A stretch of 64,000 bases of DNA from Eukaryota sp. GEM-RC1 (GCA_040285855.1 JAUFOQ010000004.1:1240001-1304000), one strand, 5' to 3'; positions 37,301 to 51,800 are shown, counted from the first letter of the stretch. Notes: generated by a model not told the origin, from the letters alone. Numbers and translations: made by a program.

Positions 37301-40252
37301 TCCAAAGAAAGCAGATGAAACAATAAATAAAGTAGAATTATAAGAATAAAGACTGTTTAAACTTAATGTCGACAATGAGTTTACGAGAAATGAAGAGTTT
37401 TCAATAATCATACTTCCATCACCAAATATTTGAGTTAATGATACTAATTGAGTTTGAGACAGCGCTTTAACTTCAATTTCAGAAAGTTTCTCTGAAAAAA
37501 CAGCAACTCTTCTAATTCTACCCTTAAAAAACTGATCAGAAGATGGTACCCAGTCATTACCACTCTTGTAATAGACAGATCCCAAAGGGAAAAAATCAGC
37601 AACCTCATCACAGTCATACTTGCCGTTCACAGAAGCAATCAGAGCTCCATTAATATACATTTGAGCTCCATTATGATCTGTAGTAACAATCAAGGAGATC
37701 CATTGATTTCTTGGAATTGACAGATCTTCAATGGTTACATCACCAAAAGATAACTGATCTCCGATTAATAATCCACAACCAGAAGGATCAGTACTAAATC
37801 CAAATTTACTTGTAGTGTCAGAGTCGAACCAAATTGAAAGCGCAATTGTGGCTGATTCCCAGCCAAATTTACCTGGAATATTTGGAATATTCAGAGTGTC
37901 AGTAAAACTTTCAAATTCGTAATAACCATCAGAATTCCATTGAGTACCAGAAACTTCTAATACATTATTATTATTACCAGAAAGATCATTTCCAGAAGGA
38001 CTATTTGACCAATCATAATATAGAAACAATAGAAGATCTGATCCAAGAGTAGAAGAAGAGGAAATGAATTGAATTTTAGAATTTCGGTCCAAATCAATAT
38101 TTGAATTAATATGAGAAACTACACGAAGTGTCAATGAAGTGTTGACCAATTTAAAATTTCCACCAAAAGTAACATGTACATCAAAATCAGAGCAGAAAGA
38201 CATCTGTGGAACTTCAATTACTCCATTGATAGAAAGTAATAAATCATTAGTAAGATTTAACTCAACGTTAAAACCAAAAGTCATCATTTTACCAATATAT
38301 ATTCTACTTAATTTCAGTTCAGGATTAGAAGAACAAAACACCAACGTGTTTACTTTCAATTCTCCAACACCTTCAATTGTTCCACAATACCAATACAAAG
38401 TTTCAACAAAAACATTAGATTCTAAAGAAAGAGTCGAACATTCCGAAGCGCCAAAACTAATTGAATTGAAGAAAGTTTCCATTGGAGAGCTAATAGACAA
38501 AAGTCCATTTAAATTGAATTCAGACAAGAAAAAGAAAGAATCACTGGACAAATTCAATGACCCAGAAAGAAAAACTGGAAGAGAAATCAGATTAAACTGT
38601 TGAAGACCATTATCATTGACACTTCTCGATAATGAATTATTTTCTTCAAATATCAACACTCCATTATTAGATGACGATTCCATCGAATAAACAACAACGG
38701 GAACTGACTTAAATGCAAAATTTGATCGACTGTAAACGCTAATCCCAGAAACCTTTTTGTCCTCGAAATAAGGAATAATGTCAGGAGTCCATTTATCTTC
38801 ATCTGTATGAGTAATTCTTCCCAGATTATTAGAAAACGAAGTACCCCATGACCACACGTCATTGTTGACGTCAACAGCAACAGAGTGATCCCAACCTGCA
38901 GCTGCAGTTATCACGTTTCCAATGTTTGTTACTGGAACTGGAATAGATGAATTACTGGTACCTCCAGTTCCTAACTGACCCCAGTTATTCCTACCCCAAC
39001 TCCAAAGCTTCTGGTTCACATCAATTCCAAGAGCATGATTTAGAAGGGTGTCAATAAAGATAAATTCAATATGACTAGTAAAATGAGTGAACGGAGGTTG
39101 AGTTTCATCAGTAGTTCCTAATTTTCTACCACACGTAAGAGTAGAACCATCCTCTTTGATGAAAAAAGAAGCAATTCCAGCAGCAATAAATTTAATATTC
39201 TGTAAGTATTCAATTTGAGAAGGCGATTCCATGATGCCACTATTTTCACTACACAAAATACCATTAGACTCACTGCCCCATCCAAAAACTTGCCCATCTC
39301 TAGTTAAAGCAAAAGTAGTAGAATGGCGACCAGCAATCTGTTTAACATTATTTAAATTTGGAATCAACGTGGGAATATTTCTTTCAGTCAAATCTCCTAA
39401 ACCTAACTGCCCATGATCATTACGGCCCCAAGAATAAACCGAACCAGAAATATTCAAAGCAAAACTGGAATGTTGTGAGGACAAAATTTGAATAATGTGC
39501 GATAAATCAATTTTACCATGAATATTTCTTCCATCACCATTGAATCCAAGTTCTCCATAAGTATTACTTCCAGCAGTGTAAACGTCACCATTAATCAAAA
39601 GTATCATAGAATGGATTCTTCCAAGAGAAGCGTGTCTAATAGAATCAGGTAAAGTATAAGATTCAGGCGATATACCATGAGAAGATTCTTGCAAGCCACC
39701 TCCAAGATGTCCTTCGGAATTAAATCCCCAGACATGAAGAAGATCAGAACTTAGTGGAAAATGACTAGTATTGAGGGAAGCGGAAGTAGAATTGACAAGA
39801 ACAAGTTCACTGAACCCATGTAGATCAATTGAACCACGTTTCCAGTCAAAGAGATCAGTGACTATGAGTTTGTGAGAAGAGAAAGTAATGGGGTTAGAAG
39901 CATCCACAAGAAGAGCTTTAACGGAAGAATAAGAGAGAGGAGAAGCATGATCGGAGCTCAAGTTACCTCCTTTGATGATGAGACTATCAGAAACGGTGAG
40001 AGTAGAGCTATCTGTGAAAAGAAGCTCAACATTGGAAGAAAGAGTGAGAGATGATATGGTAACATCAGAATCAAGAGTCACTGTTACAGCGACCGTCTGA
40101 GAAGACAGAATAACAGAAGAAGACAGAGATGGAATCTGAGGACTGTCCCAATTGTTAGTATCTGACCAAAGACCATCCGAAGTAACGTTCCATTGATGAA
40201 CTGAAGCAAAAGAGACGCAGCAGACCACAAGGAAAAGTGATGTGATAATCAT
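28385..40252 (-). CDS. Giant surface-protein paralog C, probably intact (~3,957 aa): signal peptide, RCC1 (~39740-38710), LamG (~38030-37450 and ~36645-36060), beta-solenoid, TIG-like, stalk type 1, galactose-binding-like domain, Cys-rich block, multi-pass TM
   Basis: MIITSLFLVVCCVSFAS signal. Seven consecutive ORFs join by single-base corrections in T runs (about 36990, 36080, 34668, 34490, 33705, 32915 and 28440 short by one; 30850 long by one). Corrected length is 11,874 nt = 3,958 codons, and I found no in-frame stop. Confidence 0.8.
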
Positions 40253-41950
40253 TGATTGGTCAGAGGAAGCTGAATGGTTGACAGTGATTAAGCAACAGGA
40301 TGCAAATTCATGAATGTGATGTCACTCAACACGTGTTTCACTAATGAATGATTATGATTCGTGATACAATCGAAAATGTTGAATATATCTTCAAACACAG
40401 TGTTATTTTTACATGGGAACTGGAAGTCATGTGAAGCAAAATGAGTTGGAGATGATTTATCTGAATGTAGAAAATGACAAGTTTAGAGGAGTTTACAGAT
40501 GACTTGTCTGTTCATACCAATTTCGTACATGGTCCTTTTCAATTGGAACAAGTTGTTAGCAGTGATTCGTAGTATGTGTTTCGTAAATTTTAGTTTATCA
40601 AACGGGTTATACAATCTGGAATTTTTTTGTGTACTCATTAATGACTGTCAAGTTCATTGGTGGAACAATACATTTGACTGTTGTTGGGAACGTACATAAT
40701 AGGATATGGTCTATGGTCAGTGTATCATCGGTCATTCTTGCAATTGTAACTTCAATTCAAAACTGGATATTGCTGTTGTAATTGTAGATGAATGATGTTC
40801 TTAGGAATTAAAAAGTAGCATGGTTATCAACAAGATTTCTTGGTATCCATCATTACTGAATTTGTGTGTTCTACCTGTTTCAATTTACCATCACTGCAAT
40901 AATAAAAATCAATCTCACTAAATTAACTATTTAATAAATTCGAAACATGATGACAAATAGTGTCTTTGTCCTTTCAACTGTGTTCCAATTTTATCGTGAC
41001 ATTCCAAATTACAGTTGGTTGAGTAAAAGCATGTTTGTACACGATCCAAACATCTACCAAATTATGTAGCTTGAATCAGTCACCTATATTCTCTTGCGCA
41101 ACCATAGGTGCAGATTAGGTCATGACAAACTTACACTCTTTCAAATGTTTGACAACATAGTAATAACTTTGATATAAAATCCACAGTCAACGCTACTCAA
41201 CAATACATTGTTGTGTTGGAATCGGTGTCAATTGTATCAATTTGTTTCTAAATTTTGATCTGCCCCAGCCATTTTTCAACCATGGTTGTAATGAATGTAT
41301 AGAATATCAAGACATCATTACATCATGTCAATTGAATAGTTTGTGTGATCTGCCATTGTGTTCAGAAAAATATTTCAACACTCCATCAATTTAATTAAAG
41401 TAAAATATCAAATTGAAGCCCCTCCAATTTCATATTTTATTTTATTTGCCACAAATCACCCCATTCAACATTCACCCTTACACCAAATAAATTATACATT
41501 CAAAAGGGCATTACAGGTGCAAACCCTAAAATGTCATGTCCTATTTTGCACCCCTTGAATTACAGGAAAATTAGTACTGAAACTGTCAATAAACTGAATA
41601 TATCCATATGGTTTTAAATGATCATGAACTCTGACATGTTATTGAACCGTTTAGTGCAACACCGTTTGTTCCAGAAGTCATCTAGATTGGACTATTCATT
41701 AGGGTATATCAATGTATATGCTATTTCTATTTTTAGATCTATTTTATTGTGTCGGATCTCAGTGGTTGTGTTTTACAGGTGTGGATTTCAGTGTCATGTA
41801 CTGTAATTGTTTCAACGAAGCAGCATTCAGTTTAGCTCAACAAATTGGTACAACTCAAATCTCATTTACTACTAGTAGTATTAGTAAATTATTACCCCAT
41901 TGTTCTAAGTTGAAGGATCTCCAACACACCAACCAACTATACCAATACTG

Positions 41951-43722
41951 ATGTATTACCCTGATCCTTCACTGAATAGTGGCCATTCATTGGAAGATTC
42001 TATTATTCTTTCTGATGTCCCCTACTTTTCTAGTCTCGTCTCCCCACAACCTTCTGATCTGTCCTCCACTACGCACTCTTTCTTCAAACTTCCTTCAAAG
42101 TACTTATGTATGCAACAGTCCTTGTTGATCCTGATTAACCTTCATCTCCTGCGACGTCTTTTTGTTTCTTCTCTTGAACAGTATCATGGAGAACGTAGTC
42201 GTGATCTTATTTGTCTCAAGCTCTTTCAACATTCTTTCAGAAAGTTGGTCATATCAGCCATCGTTTTATTGAATCTGCCTTTCAAACAATTCAACTGTTC
42301 GTACAAGCAAACACGTTTCATGGTGTACCTGAAGATCTTCCTCAACTATATGCACTCACTTCTTTCTTTGGTGCTGATGTTCAGTCTCTATTTCTACACG
42401 TTGAGGGTACCTTTGAAGTAAAAGAATTTCTCAGGTATTCCAATGTAATTTCGGGATTGGATGTGATGTTGAGAAATCAGAAGGACTTGGAATTCCTTAA
42501 CAATTCTTCTTTATTGTTTCCACGTCTCAAGTGGTTAGATGTAGGTGTTGATTCTTCTATATCTATGTTTTTTATTGAACTGTTGAAAGTTAATGATACA
42601 GTGACAAGTATTGATCTGAGTAAAACCTCTATTAGTACTCAAGGTGTCATGGCATTAGCAGAAATCTTAAAAGTCAATAATACAATTACAAATATTAATC
42701 TCGGCTCAAATAACATTAGAGCTCAAGGTGCTGAAGTATTAGCACGTGTCTTAAAAGTCAATGATACAGTAACAAGTATTAATCTCCTTAATAACTGTGT
42801 AGGGCCTGAAGGAGCTAAAGTATTAGCAGATATGCTGGCAACTAATACTACTATTACTAGTATTAATCTGCCTGTGAATTCCCTTGGAAATCAAGGAGTT
42901 ATATTGTTGGCAGAATCACTAAAAGTTAATACAACAGTGACAAATCTTAATCTGAGTAACAATGCTGTTGGAGTTGATGGTGTTAAAGCATTGTCAGAAG
43001 CGTTAAAAGTTAATTGTACATTGAAAACTATTAATTTTTTTGGAAACTCTGTTGGTGATGATGGTGTTAGAGCATTGGCAGAGATGCTTAGAGTGAATTA
43101 TACGCTGACACGTGTTGATCTACGTCTAAATTCAATTGGAGCTCAAGGTGCAAAGTCATTGGCAGATACTTTGAAAGTTAACTCTTCTTTAACATGTATT
43201 GATTTGGATCGAAACACTGTTGGAAATTTAGGAACTAAAGCATTAGCAGAAGCGTTGAAAGTCAATAATACAGTGACAATTTTAAATCTGCGGTACAACT
43301 CTATCAAAAATGACGGTGTCAGAGCTTTAGCAGAGGCATTGAGAGTCAATAATACAGTTACAAGTATTAATCTGGATACCAACTCTGTTAAAGCTGAAGG
43401 TGTAATATCCTTAGCACAAGCGTTAAAAACTAATTCTTCAGTGATCAGTCTATCTCTGGATCGGAACACAATAGGAAATGAAGGAGCCATTGCATTGGCT
43501 GAGGTGCTAAAAGTTAATTCTACAATCACAAGTATTGATCTGAGGTCCAACTCTATTGGAGATGAAGGATGCAAAGCGTTGGCAGATGCGTTAAAAGTCT
43601 GTCTTTCGATGAGGAGAATTGTTTTACTCGGAAACTTTATTGGAGGTGTTGGTACTAGGGCATTGGCAGAAGCTCTAAAAATCAACAGTAAACTTAAAGT
43701 ATCGTTAGCAAACTTAAAATGA
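41951..43722 (+). CDS. Ribonuclease-inhibitor/NLRC3-like leucine-rich repeat protein with 13 full 28-aa repeats; N-terminus disrupted
   Basis: ORF 42211-43722 has tandem LKVNxTVTSIxLxxNxIGxxGxxALAEx units (84 nt). It starts at TTG with in-frame stops just upstream, and the ATG at 41951 is in another frame, so the 5' end is frameshifted or decayed. No NACHT P-loop seen. Confidence 0.8.
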
Positions 43723-45837
43723 TCTAATTTCTGTAGTTTTTGAGTGTACGTTGTTTATCAATTTCATATTTACATCTTTCCAGCTATTCAATAAACATAT
43801 CTGAATCCGTCTGAATTACTGTAAAATAGGCAATGGTTCTGAAGTGTCTTTACACAACTGAAACAGTTCTCATTGAGTTTTTGGAAACGATAATTAAATA
43901 GTATTTGATTTGCTTGCCCGAGACGGCAGTTTTGACATTTTTCTGGGGTCAATTTTCATAAACTCGTTCTATATAATCATGTTTGCTGGTCACACAACAA
44001 AACGATTGAAATTAAATGTGTCATTGACCATGAGGTTGACTTGAGCAAATTACTGCCTCACATGTAGAGTGTATCTGTATTTTCTCAACCTCGTTCCAAC
44101 TGAATGTGTAGATACTCAACAAAGTATCATTGGGTAAAGCACACGGCTGGGTAAGAAACACGGCCCTTGATTTATCATTACAGATAAAAAATATCACCAT
44201 TAATAACAACGAAATACGTCCATGTTTTTCAGACTCAAGTTGTCAGTCAAAGAGACACTTTGTACTAATCAAAAACCCAGTCGTCGCTTTAAATAGCGAA
44301 AATGACCACCTTCTCTCCAGTAACGCAGTGTTCTTCACATACCACTAAGACAACCATCGGATCGATGTGACCAATTTTTCCAAAAAAAAATTGCCACAAA
44401 GAGAAGTACCAAAAAAATGGAAAATACAGGAATTGTTTCAACGAAAATATATGTTATGTTAGTAGTAAACTCATTAAATCCAACTCATTTTTTCATTTGT
44501 GTAGTTACATGTGTAAGTTACGTGTCATAATTTTCGTTTAAAATTTTGGCAATAGTTTTTGAGTTACAAGGAACAACTGTAGCAAAGTCCATAATTATCT
44601 ATTGAAATAACATGCAGCCAATCAAATCACATTTGTTCTTATCTCTCTTAACTGAACCAGATATAGTTTCAAAACTGGTTCGATTTTGCCATGAAAAACA
44701 TTACTCTCTATAAGTGTTAATGATCTTTCAAAACTACAACTTAACATGAATCGAACCTTTCCACTAAAGGGAACAGATATAAAACAGTTTCGATATCAGT
44801 GAAGTTAATATCAAGTCGATTAAAACAGTCGATAGAGTTATCCAAAACCCTTTTGTTTACCCATACAAATAAAGATTATCATCAATATTAACAAATGAGA
44901 AACTAATACCTTTACATTCATGTCTTAATGCAGACGTTTCAAAGTCGAATCAAATCACCTAAACATCACTCTGAAGAGCAAAAATGATAACCTTACTTTC
45001 CAATAATTTTCATTAAATTTTTTCCATACTGTTGACATAAATTGCCTAAAGATGTGAAAGATTTTTGTTCGGAAAAGCCACAAACGTCCCAAAGAGTTAT
45101 TGATAGAGCTAAGAGAAATTCAGAAGGTAAAAGAAACAGGAATGAATGTAGTTGCCAGAATAGTTTTAAAATTTGTTGTTTATGTTCTCTAAAGCACATT
45201 TTTAAGGTAACGCTTATACCATTTGCTATTTGAGTCACTACAAGCACAAAATTGTTGATCAAAAATCCAAAATCACACGACTGTTCCCTTACAATAGACT
45301 TCCTTCTGATCCACTTGGAAGACACCGTTGATACAGTTTCGATGCAGATACTCAAATAAAGCAACTTATACTTACACACTTTAATAGATGATCCACAGAT
45401 ATTATCAAAAATGCAACTGAAAGAGGTTGGAACCATTCCAGTTAAGAAGCAAAAGAGAAATCAATATAAGTTCCAAATTTAGTAACCAACAGTTTGTGTG
45501 TTAAAAATGTATTTTAACTGAATGAAAAGGGTAGATACACCACCTATAATATAGTTAAGAAGGGGAATATACATGAAGATTGCTGTAGTTGCCAGAAGTT
45601 CCTTGTTTGTGTTCTCAAACACACATAATTAAATATCATACTCAGACAATGCGTTGTCGCCTTCACTACAAACACCAGCAGGTCAAAACTCAAACAGCAC
45701 CACTGCCCCTGGTTTAATCCAGAGGTACATGTACTTATCAGACACCAATTGTTTGGGGTGGAATACTGTGTGGTAAAAACCGACAATAATGTAACCTCCT
45801 GACTTAGGAGTCTTGAGTCCAGACCATTTAACCAAGA

Positions 45838-48800
45838 ATGATCGCTATTATTCTGATCCTTTGTTGTTGTGCTTTTGCCTCAGTCCATCATTGGAATGCC
45901 ACTACTGATGGGTTTTGGTCTGATACAAGCAACTGGGACACAGCTGACATACCCTCCCAGTATTCTTCCGTTATTCTTTCACCTCAAACCTTTCCTATAA
46001 CAGTAATTGTTGAATCTGAAGTTCTTGTATCATCTCTTACACTCTCGTCCAATGTTGAGCTTCTTTTCACACACAACTCTAACCTGACTGTTTCTGATAG
46101 CCTCACTATCAACGGGGGCAGCTTGAGTACTCATCTTTCTTCCTCTCTCTCATTTTCTTCTGTTGAATCTCTCGTTATGGCTTCTTCAGAACTTGTTACT
46201 CTCTCTTATCACAAACTGATAGTCACTGGACTCTTTGACTGGAAACGTGGTTCAATTGAGTTGGATGGCTTCAGTGAGCTTATTCTTGTCAATTCTACTT
46301 CTCTCTTTCCTTGATAGTGACTTTTCTCAGGGTCCCAATGATCTTTATGTCTGGGGATTGAACTCCAATGGTCAACTTGGAGGAGACTTGCAAACTTCTT
46401 CTGTTGGTATTTCTCCTGAATCCTATACTCTTCCTGTTTCTATTAGACAAGCTTCTCTTGGAAAATTTCACTCTCTTATACTCTCAACAAGTGGTGACGT
46501 TTACACAGCTGGAAGTAACATTTATGGTCAATTAGGATATAATGGTGAAGGAAGAACTGTACATGACAAAATTGAACTTTCCAATATTATTCAAGTACTC
46601 TCATCTCATAACTCTAGTTTTGCTTTAACTGCTTCTGGTCACGTGTTCTCTTGGGGAGGGAATTTTAATGGAGAATTAGGACTAGGAGATGTGATTGACA
46701 GAAATACTCCCACTTTAATTGGAAATTTAAATAATATTAAGCAAATTGCTGGTCGATATTCTACCACTTTTACTTTGTCTAGAAATGGTCAAGTTTTTGG
46801 ATGGGGAAGTAGTGATTTCAATATTTTATGTAGTCACAATACCATAAATATTATCTCACCCATGTTAATAGATGGTCTTGAAAATGTTAAATTTATTGCT
46901 GCTGGAAGTGCTGCTTTTTTCATTAAAGAGGATGGTTCTACTCTTACTTGTGGTAGATTTCTGAGCACAACCACTTCGCAACCTTCTTTTACCCTATTTG
47001 CTGAGGATATTGAGTTTACCTTCATTGACACTCTTGTCGGTCACGCTCTTGGAATTGATGTGAACCAAAAGCTATGGAGTTGGGGTTGGAATAGTGACGG
47101 TAGACTAGGTGATGGTGGCTCAACCAACTCTCCTACTCCAGTCACAGTAGTAACCATTGGAAAAGTTATTGCTGCAGCTGCAGGATGGGATCATTCTGTG
47201 GCTGTTGACGTCAACAATGACGTGTGGTTTTGGGGTACCGAATCGATACAATTTCGCTTCTTTTCTCCTCAGCCTATTTCTCCTTTACTTGGAAAAGGAA
47301 TCACCCATATACATGCTTATTTCAGGTGTAATGTTGCTTTGGCGCCAGTTCCTCCACGTGTCAATTTCATCACGTCATCGTCTCAGTCTGGGGTGATGAC
47401 TTTGGAAGAAAATAATCAAAACATTGGATCAATTAATGATGAAAGTATTCAACAGTATAATCTTATTTCTATTCCAGTTTTTCTTTCCGGTTCATTGAAT
47501 CTGACCAGCGATTCTTTCTTTTTCTTGTCTGAATTCAATTTAAATGCAATTATGTCAATTAATTCGCCAGTTGAGAATCTTTTCACTTTACTTTTTCTGG
47601 GAGCTTCTGAATGTTCAACTCTTTCTTTAGAATCTAATGTTTTTGTTGAAACTTTGTACTGGTATTGTGGAACAATTGAAGGTGTTGGAGAATTGAAAGT
47701 AAATACGTTGGTGTTTTGTTCTTCTAATCCTGAACTAAAATTAAGTAGAATTTCTATAGGTAAAATTATGATGTCTGAATTAAATGTTGAATTAAAGCTG
47801 ACTAATGATTTAATTTTTTCTGTTAATGGAATAATTGAAATAGCACAGTTGTCTTTCTATTCAGATTTGGATGTTAATTTAACTTTGAGTGGAAATATTA
47901 AATTGGTCAACACTTCATTGAACCTTTGTGTCGATTCTCATATAAATTCAAAGATTCAATTAGACCAGAGTTCTAAAATTCAAATTATTTCATCTTCATC
48001 TACTCTTGGATTTGATCTTTCGTTGTTTCTTTATTATGATTGGTCAGAAAGTTCTTCTGGAAATGATCTTTCTGGTAATAATAATAATGTACTAGAAGTT
48101 TCTGGTGCTCAGTGGAATTCTGATGGTTATTACCAATTTAAAACTTCTACTGACGTTATCAAAATTCCAAATATTCCAGGCAAAATCGGCTGGGAATCAG
48201 CTACAGTTGCATTTTCAATATGGTTTGACACTGACACTACCATTAGATTCGGATTTGGCACTAATCATTCTGGTTGTGGATTAGTTATTGGAGATCATTT
48301 ATCTTTTGGTGATGTAACCATTGAAGATCTGTCGATTCCAAGAAATCAATGGATCTCATTGATTGTTACTACAGATCATAGTGGAGCTCAAATGTATATT
48401 AATGGAGCTCTGAGTGCTTCTGTGAACGGGAAGTATGACTGTGATGAGTTTGCTGATTTCTTCCCTTTGGGATCTGTCTATTACAAGAGTGGTAATGACT
48501 GGGTACCATCGTCTGATCAGTTTTTTAAAGGTAGAATTAGACGAGTTGTTGTTTTTACACAGAAACTTGCTGACATTGAAGTTAAATCACTTTCTGAAAC
48601 ACAATTAGGATCTTTAACTCAATTAATTGGTGATGGAAATTTAGTTATCCAAAACTCTTCTCTTCTTGTAAACTCGTTATCAACTATGGGTTTAAATAGT
48701 CTTTATTCTTTTAATTCTTCGTTATTCATTGTTTATTTGGAGTAGTCAATACTGTCGCTAAAGGAGGTTCAACTATTGAAATCCATGGACGTTTCCTTTC

Positions 48801-51800
48801 TACTGACTTCTTCCTTCCTAATCTTGAGTTAGATTATTCCTCATTTACTTCAACTACTTTGAAACTTCATTTTGATGTTCTTTCTTTGTCAAGTGGTGAC
48901 TTTATTAGTGACAGTTACTTGGAAGCTTCAGTCATTTATTGGTATGCTGGTTCATTATCTTTACATGAAGGCAAAGTAAACGTCATCAATCTTTATGGTG
49001 TCGACAAGGTATTACTGGTAGAATCATTGACAATTACAGATGAGGTGTTTTTAATAATTCTCTTACATTACATTCAAATATTCATCAATTAGATTTTAAT
49101 TCCGTAATTTTGAAGTGTACTCCTTTGTCCTCTCTGTTCTTGTCTTGTTCTACTGACTGTACTTCTATGGAGTTAAATTTTTACAATACTTTTGTTTTGT
49201 CTGAATATTGTTTGTTTCGGACTAATTTTGATATCTCAAACTATGCCTTCTTTACTCTCAATTCAAATTCCTTTTTCCAAACTGAATTCTCTTTTAAGTC
49301 TCATATTATTATACAAGTTCAACAGCAAGCAGAATTCTCTGTTCTTTCTTCTAATTTCACCATCAACAGCACTTTTGATTCCTCTGATCCTGACATGTTT
49401 CTTTACTACAACTGGATTGATTCACCTAGCCCAATTGACTTCTCAGGAAATCACGATTTCAGTGCAATCAAAATTGATGGACCAGTGTGGGAAAGTGATG
49501 AAAATGGTGGTTATTTGAAAATTACGTCAGGTAATACTTTGCATGTCCCAAACCTTCCTGGTACTACTGGCTGGATCCAAGCCACAATTGCGATGTGGCT
49601 GAACATTAATGGAGGGGTATGGGAATCTTAGCAAATGATCATTGTAAATTTTCAATCGAACCTACTCGAATTTGTTGGGGTTCAGCTTGTTCTACAGTAC
49701 ACTTCCCAGCTGGGAATTGGTTTTATTTGGCAATTGTAACAACTTTAGAAGAAAATTTACGCTCGAAAGCTAACATTTATATCAATGGAAAATATATTAA
49801 TACAATTTCATCCAGTGGATACAACTGCCCTTCTCCTCCTTCGTACTTTCCCCTTTCAAGAGTGTATCCTTCAGGTTCATTTTTCCGAGGTATGCTTCGT
49901 GCTGTATTAGTGTTTCGAAGAGTTTTATCAGCTGAAGAGATAAGTGATATTGATTTTAGTTTTCCTGTTAGTGTTGGGGGTCAATGAAAGTTCTCATTTA
50001 TTAATTCTTATTGTGCTCTTTCATCTTTGTACTTTGAAATTCGTTTTTTATCATTAACTTCGTCATTTCTACAATCAAGCAACGGCGGACTTGGGCACCT
50101 TGTAGAACTTGATCTTAGTTCTAATTCAGAGATGGTTTTTGTCCGTAGTCGCGACTTTGATTCTAGTAATCTTACTGTCTTTTTTAGACTCAAGCAAACT
50201 TCGCTATGTAGAGTTTGATTCTGATATCCAGGTTTTTATTGATTCAGTTTATCTAACAAATACTTCTTCTGTAATCACTGATGCTATTCTACATGTAGGC
50301 CATTTTCATTGGCTTGAGGGTGAGTTCTTCCCGCCTGGCAACATATCTTTAAAAATACTTGTCTTGTATGGTGATTCTAAAACTTGGTTTCAGAACTCTT
50401 TAATTATTGAAGAAGAATTGCATTTCAATAATTCTCTTACTTTTTCTATTTCTCGTCTCATTTTAATTACTGTTTCTGTTACTTGTTTTCCTGGTTCAGA
50501 ACTTCTTCTTGATTCACATTCTTTTGATGAAAGTTTACTTGAAGTCAAGATCCATCTTCATCTAACTTCCAATTGTTCTCTCACTTCACTATCACCAGTT
50601 CAAAGTACTGGGATTATTACTCTTACGAATCACTCAGTACTAACTCTTTTGAATGATTTTAGTTCATCAGGTGTACTTGAGATTTATTATGATGGAGAGT
50701 TAGTTCTTAAGAATACTACTATTACGTTTAATGGTTCGCTGTATTTACATGAAGAACTTTTTCTGTACTATAATTGGATTACGTCATCTAATCAAATTGA
50801 TTACTCAATGAATCATGATAACAATACTATCATAATTGATGGACCAGAGTGGAAAACTGACGATATCGGTGGTTATTTAGATATCACACCTGGTAACACT
50901 CTCCATATTCCAAATATTCCTGGAGAATTTGGATGGAGAGATGCTTCAATTCCTCTCTGGATTTACTTTGAAGAAGGAGGAATGGGTTTTTGGGGCCAGA
51001 GTCCTTGTATTTTGTACCTAACAACAAACCTAATTTGGTGGGGTGACTATTATTTGATACATATTAAATTCCCTCTTAAAGAATGGTTTCATCTGGTGAT
51101 CACTTTTGATCAATCAGAAGTTTACTTTACGTTGATGGAGAGTTTTTGTATACATTTCAACCAGATACTCCGTATGGTTGCCCCAACGGACATCGCTCTT
51201 TTTCCCACTTTCAGACATTACAGATGCCCCTCAGAAGTTTCGAGGAAAGATTCGTGCAGTTCAAATTTTCACCAAGACTTTAACAGTATCTGAAATTAAT
51301 CAATTAACAATCGAGCTACCTACATATGTTTGGGGACAAGGAAAAGTTCCTCTATTAAACTCCAACGTTGAGTTCTTATCTTCTAAGTTTTTCATTAGAT
51401 CACTTTCTTTAACTTCTTCAAAACTTCAAGCAAATAACGTTGTTTTTAGAGATTTAGATCAACTCGAGTTGTATATTGAGTCTAGAATGAACTTAAGCCA
51501 AAACGCGAAAATCTATTCTGATCGTCTTTCAATAACGTTAAATTCCAGTAAGCTCTTTTATGATGATTCAGTCAACATTTCCACGTCCATAATTAGTTTG
51601 ATTGCTTTCAAAAGCCATTTTCAGAATGATTTTGAGTTTGATACTATTCAAATTTTGAACTTGTCATTATCAAATTTTCAGTCAACATCTAGTACTGGAA
51701 TAGCTGTTGGCCATTTCTCTTGTGATCATTGTCAGATCCTAGGAAATTCTACTTTGGTGATAGAAACTAATTCTGAGATTAACTCAGGAAATTTCGCATC

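Noticed and set aside
40440..41950. Short ORFs and coding-like patches between copy C and the LRR gene
   Set aside because: Stop-ridden, with no motif I can assign; possibly old debris.
44000..45790. Short ORFs and two CLCS-x-x-HI patches (~45177 and ~45604)
   Set aside because: Too short and degraded to support a gene call.
2669..49987. Stop-codon reassignment or readthrough to explain in-frame stops (2669 TAA, 14502 TGA, 15396 TAA, 49985 TGA)
   Set aside because: Paralogs have four different residues there (Glu, Cys, Ser, Gly), each one substitution away. Such stops are rare, and TAA, TAG and TGA all end genes in this window. These are nonsense mutations or base errors.
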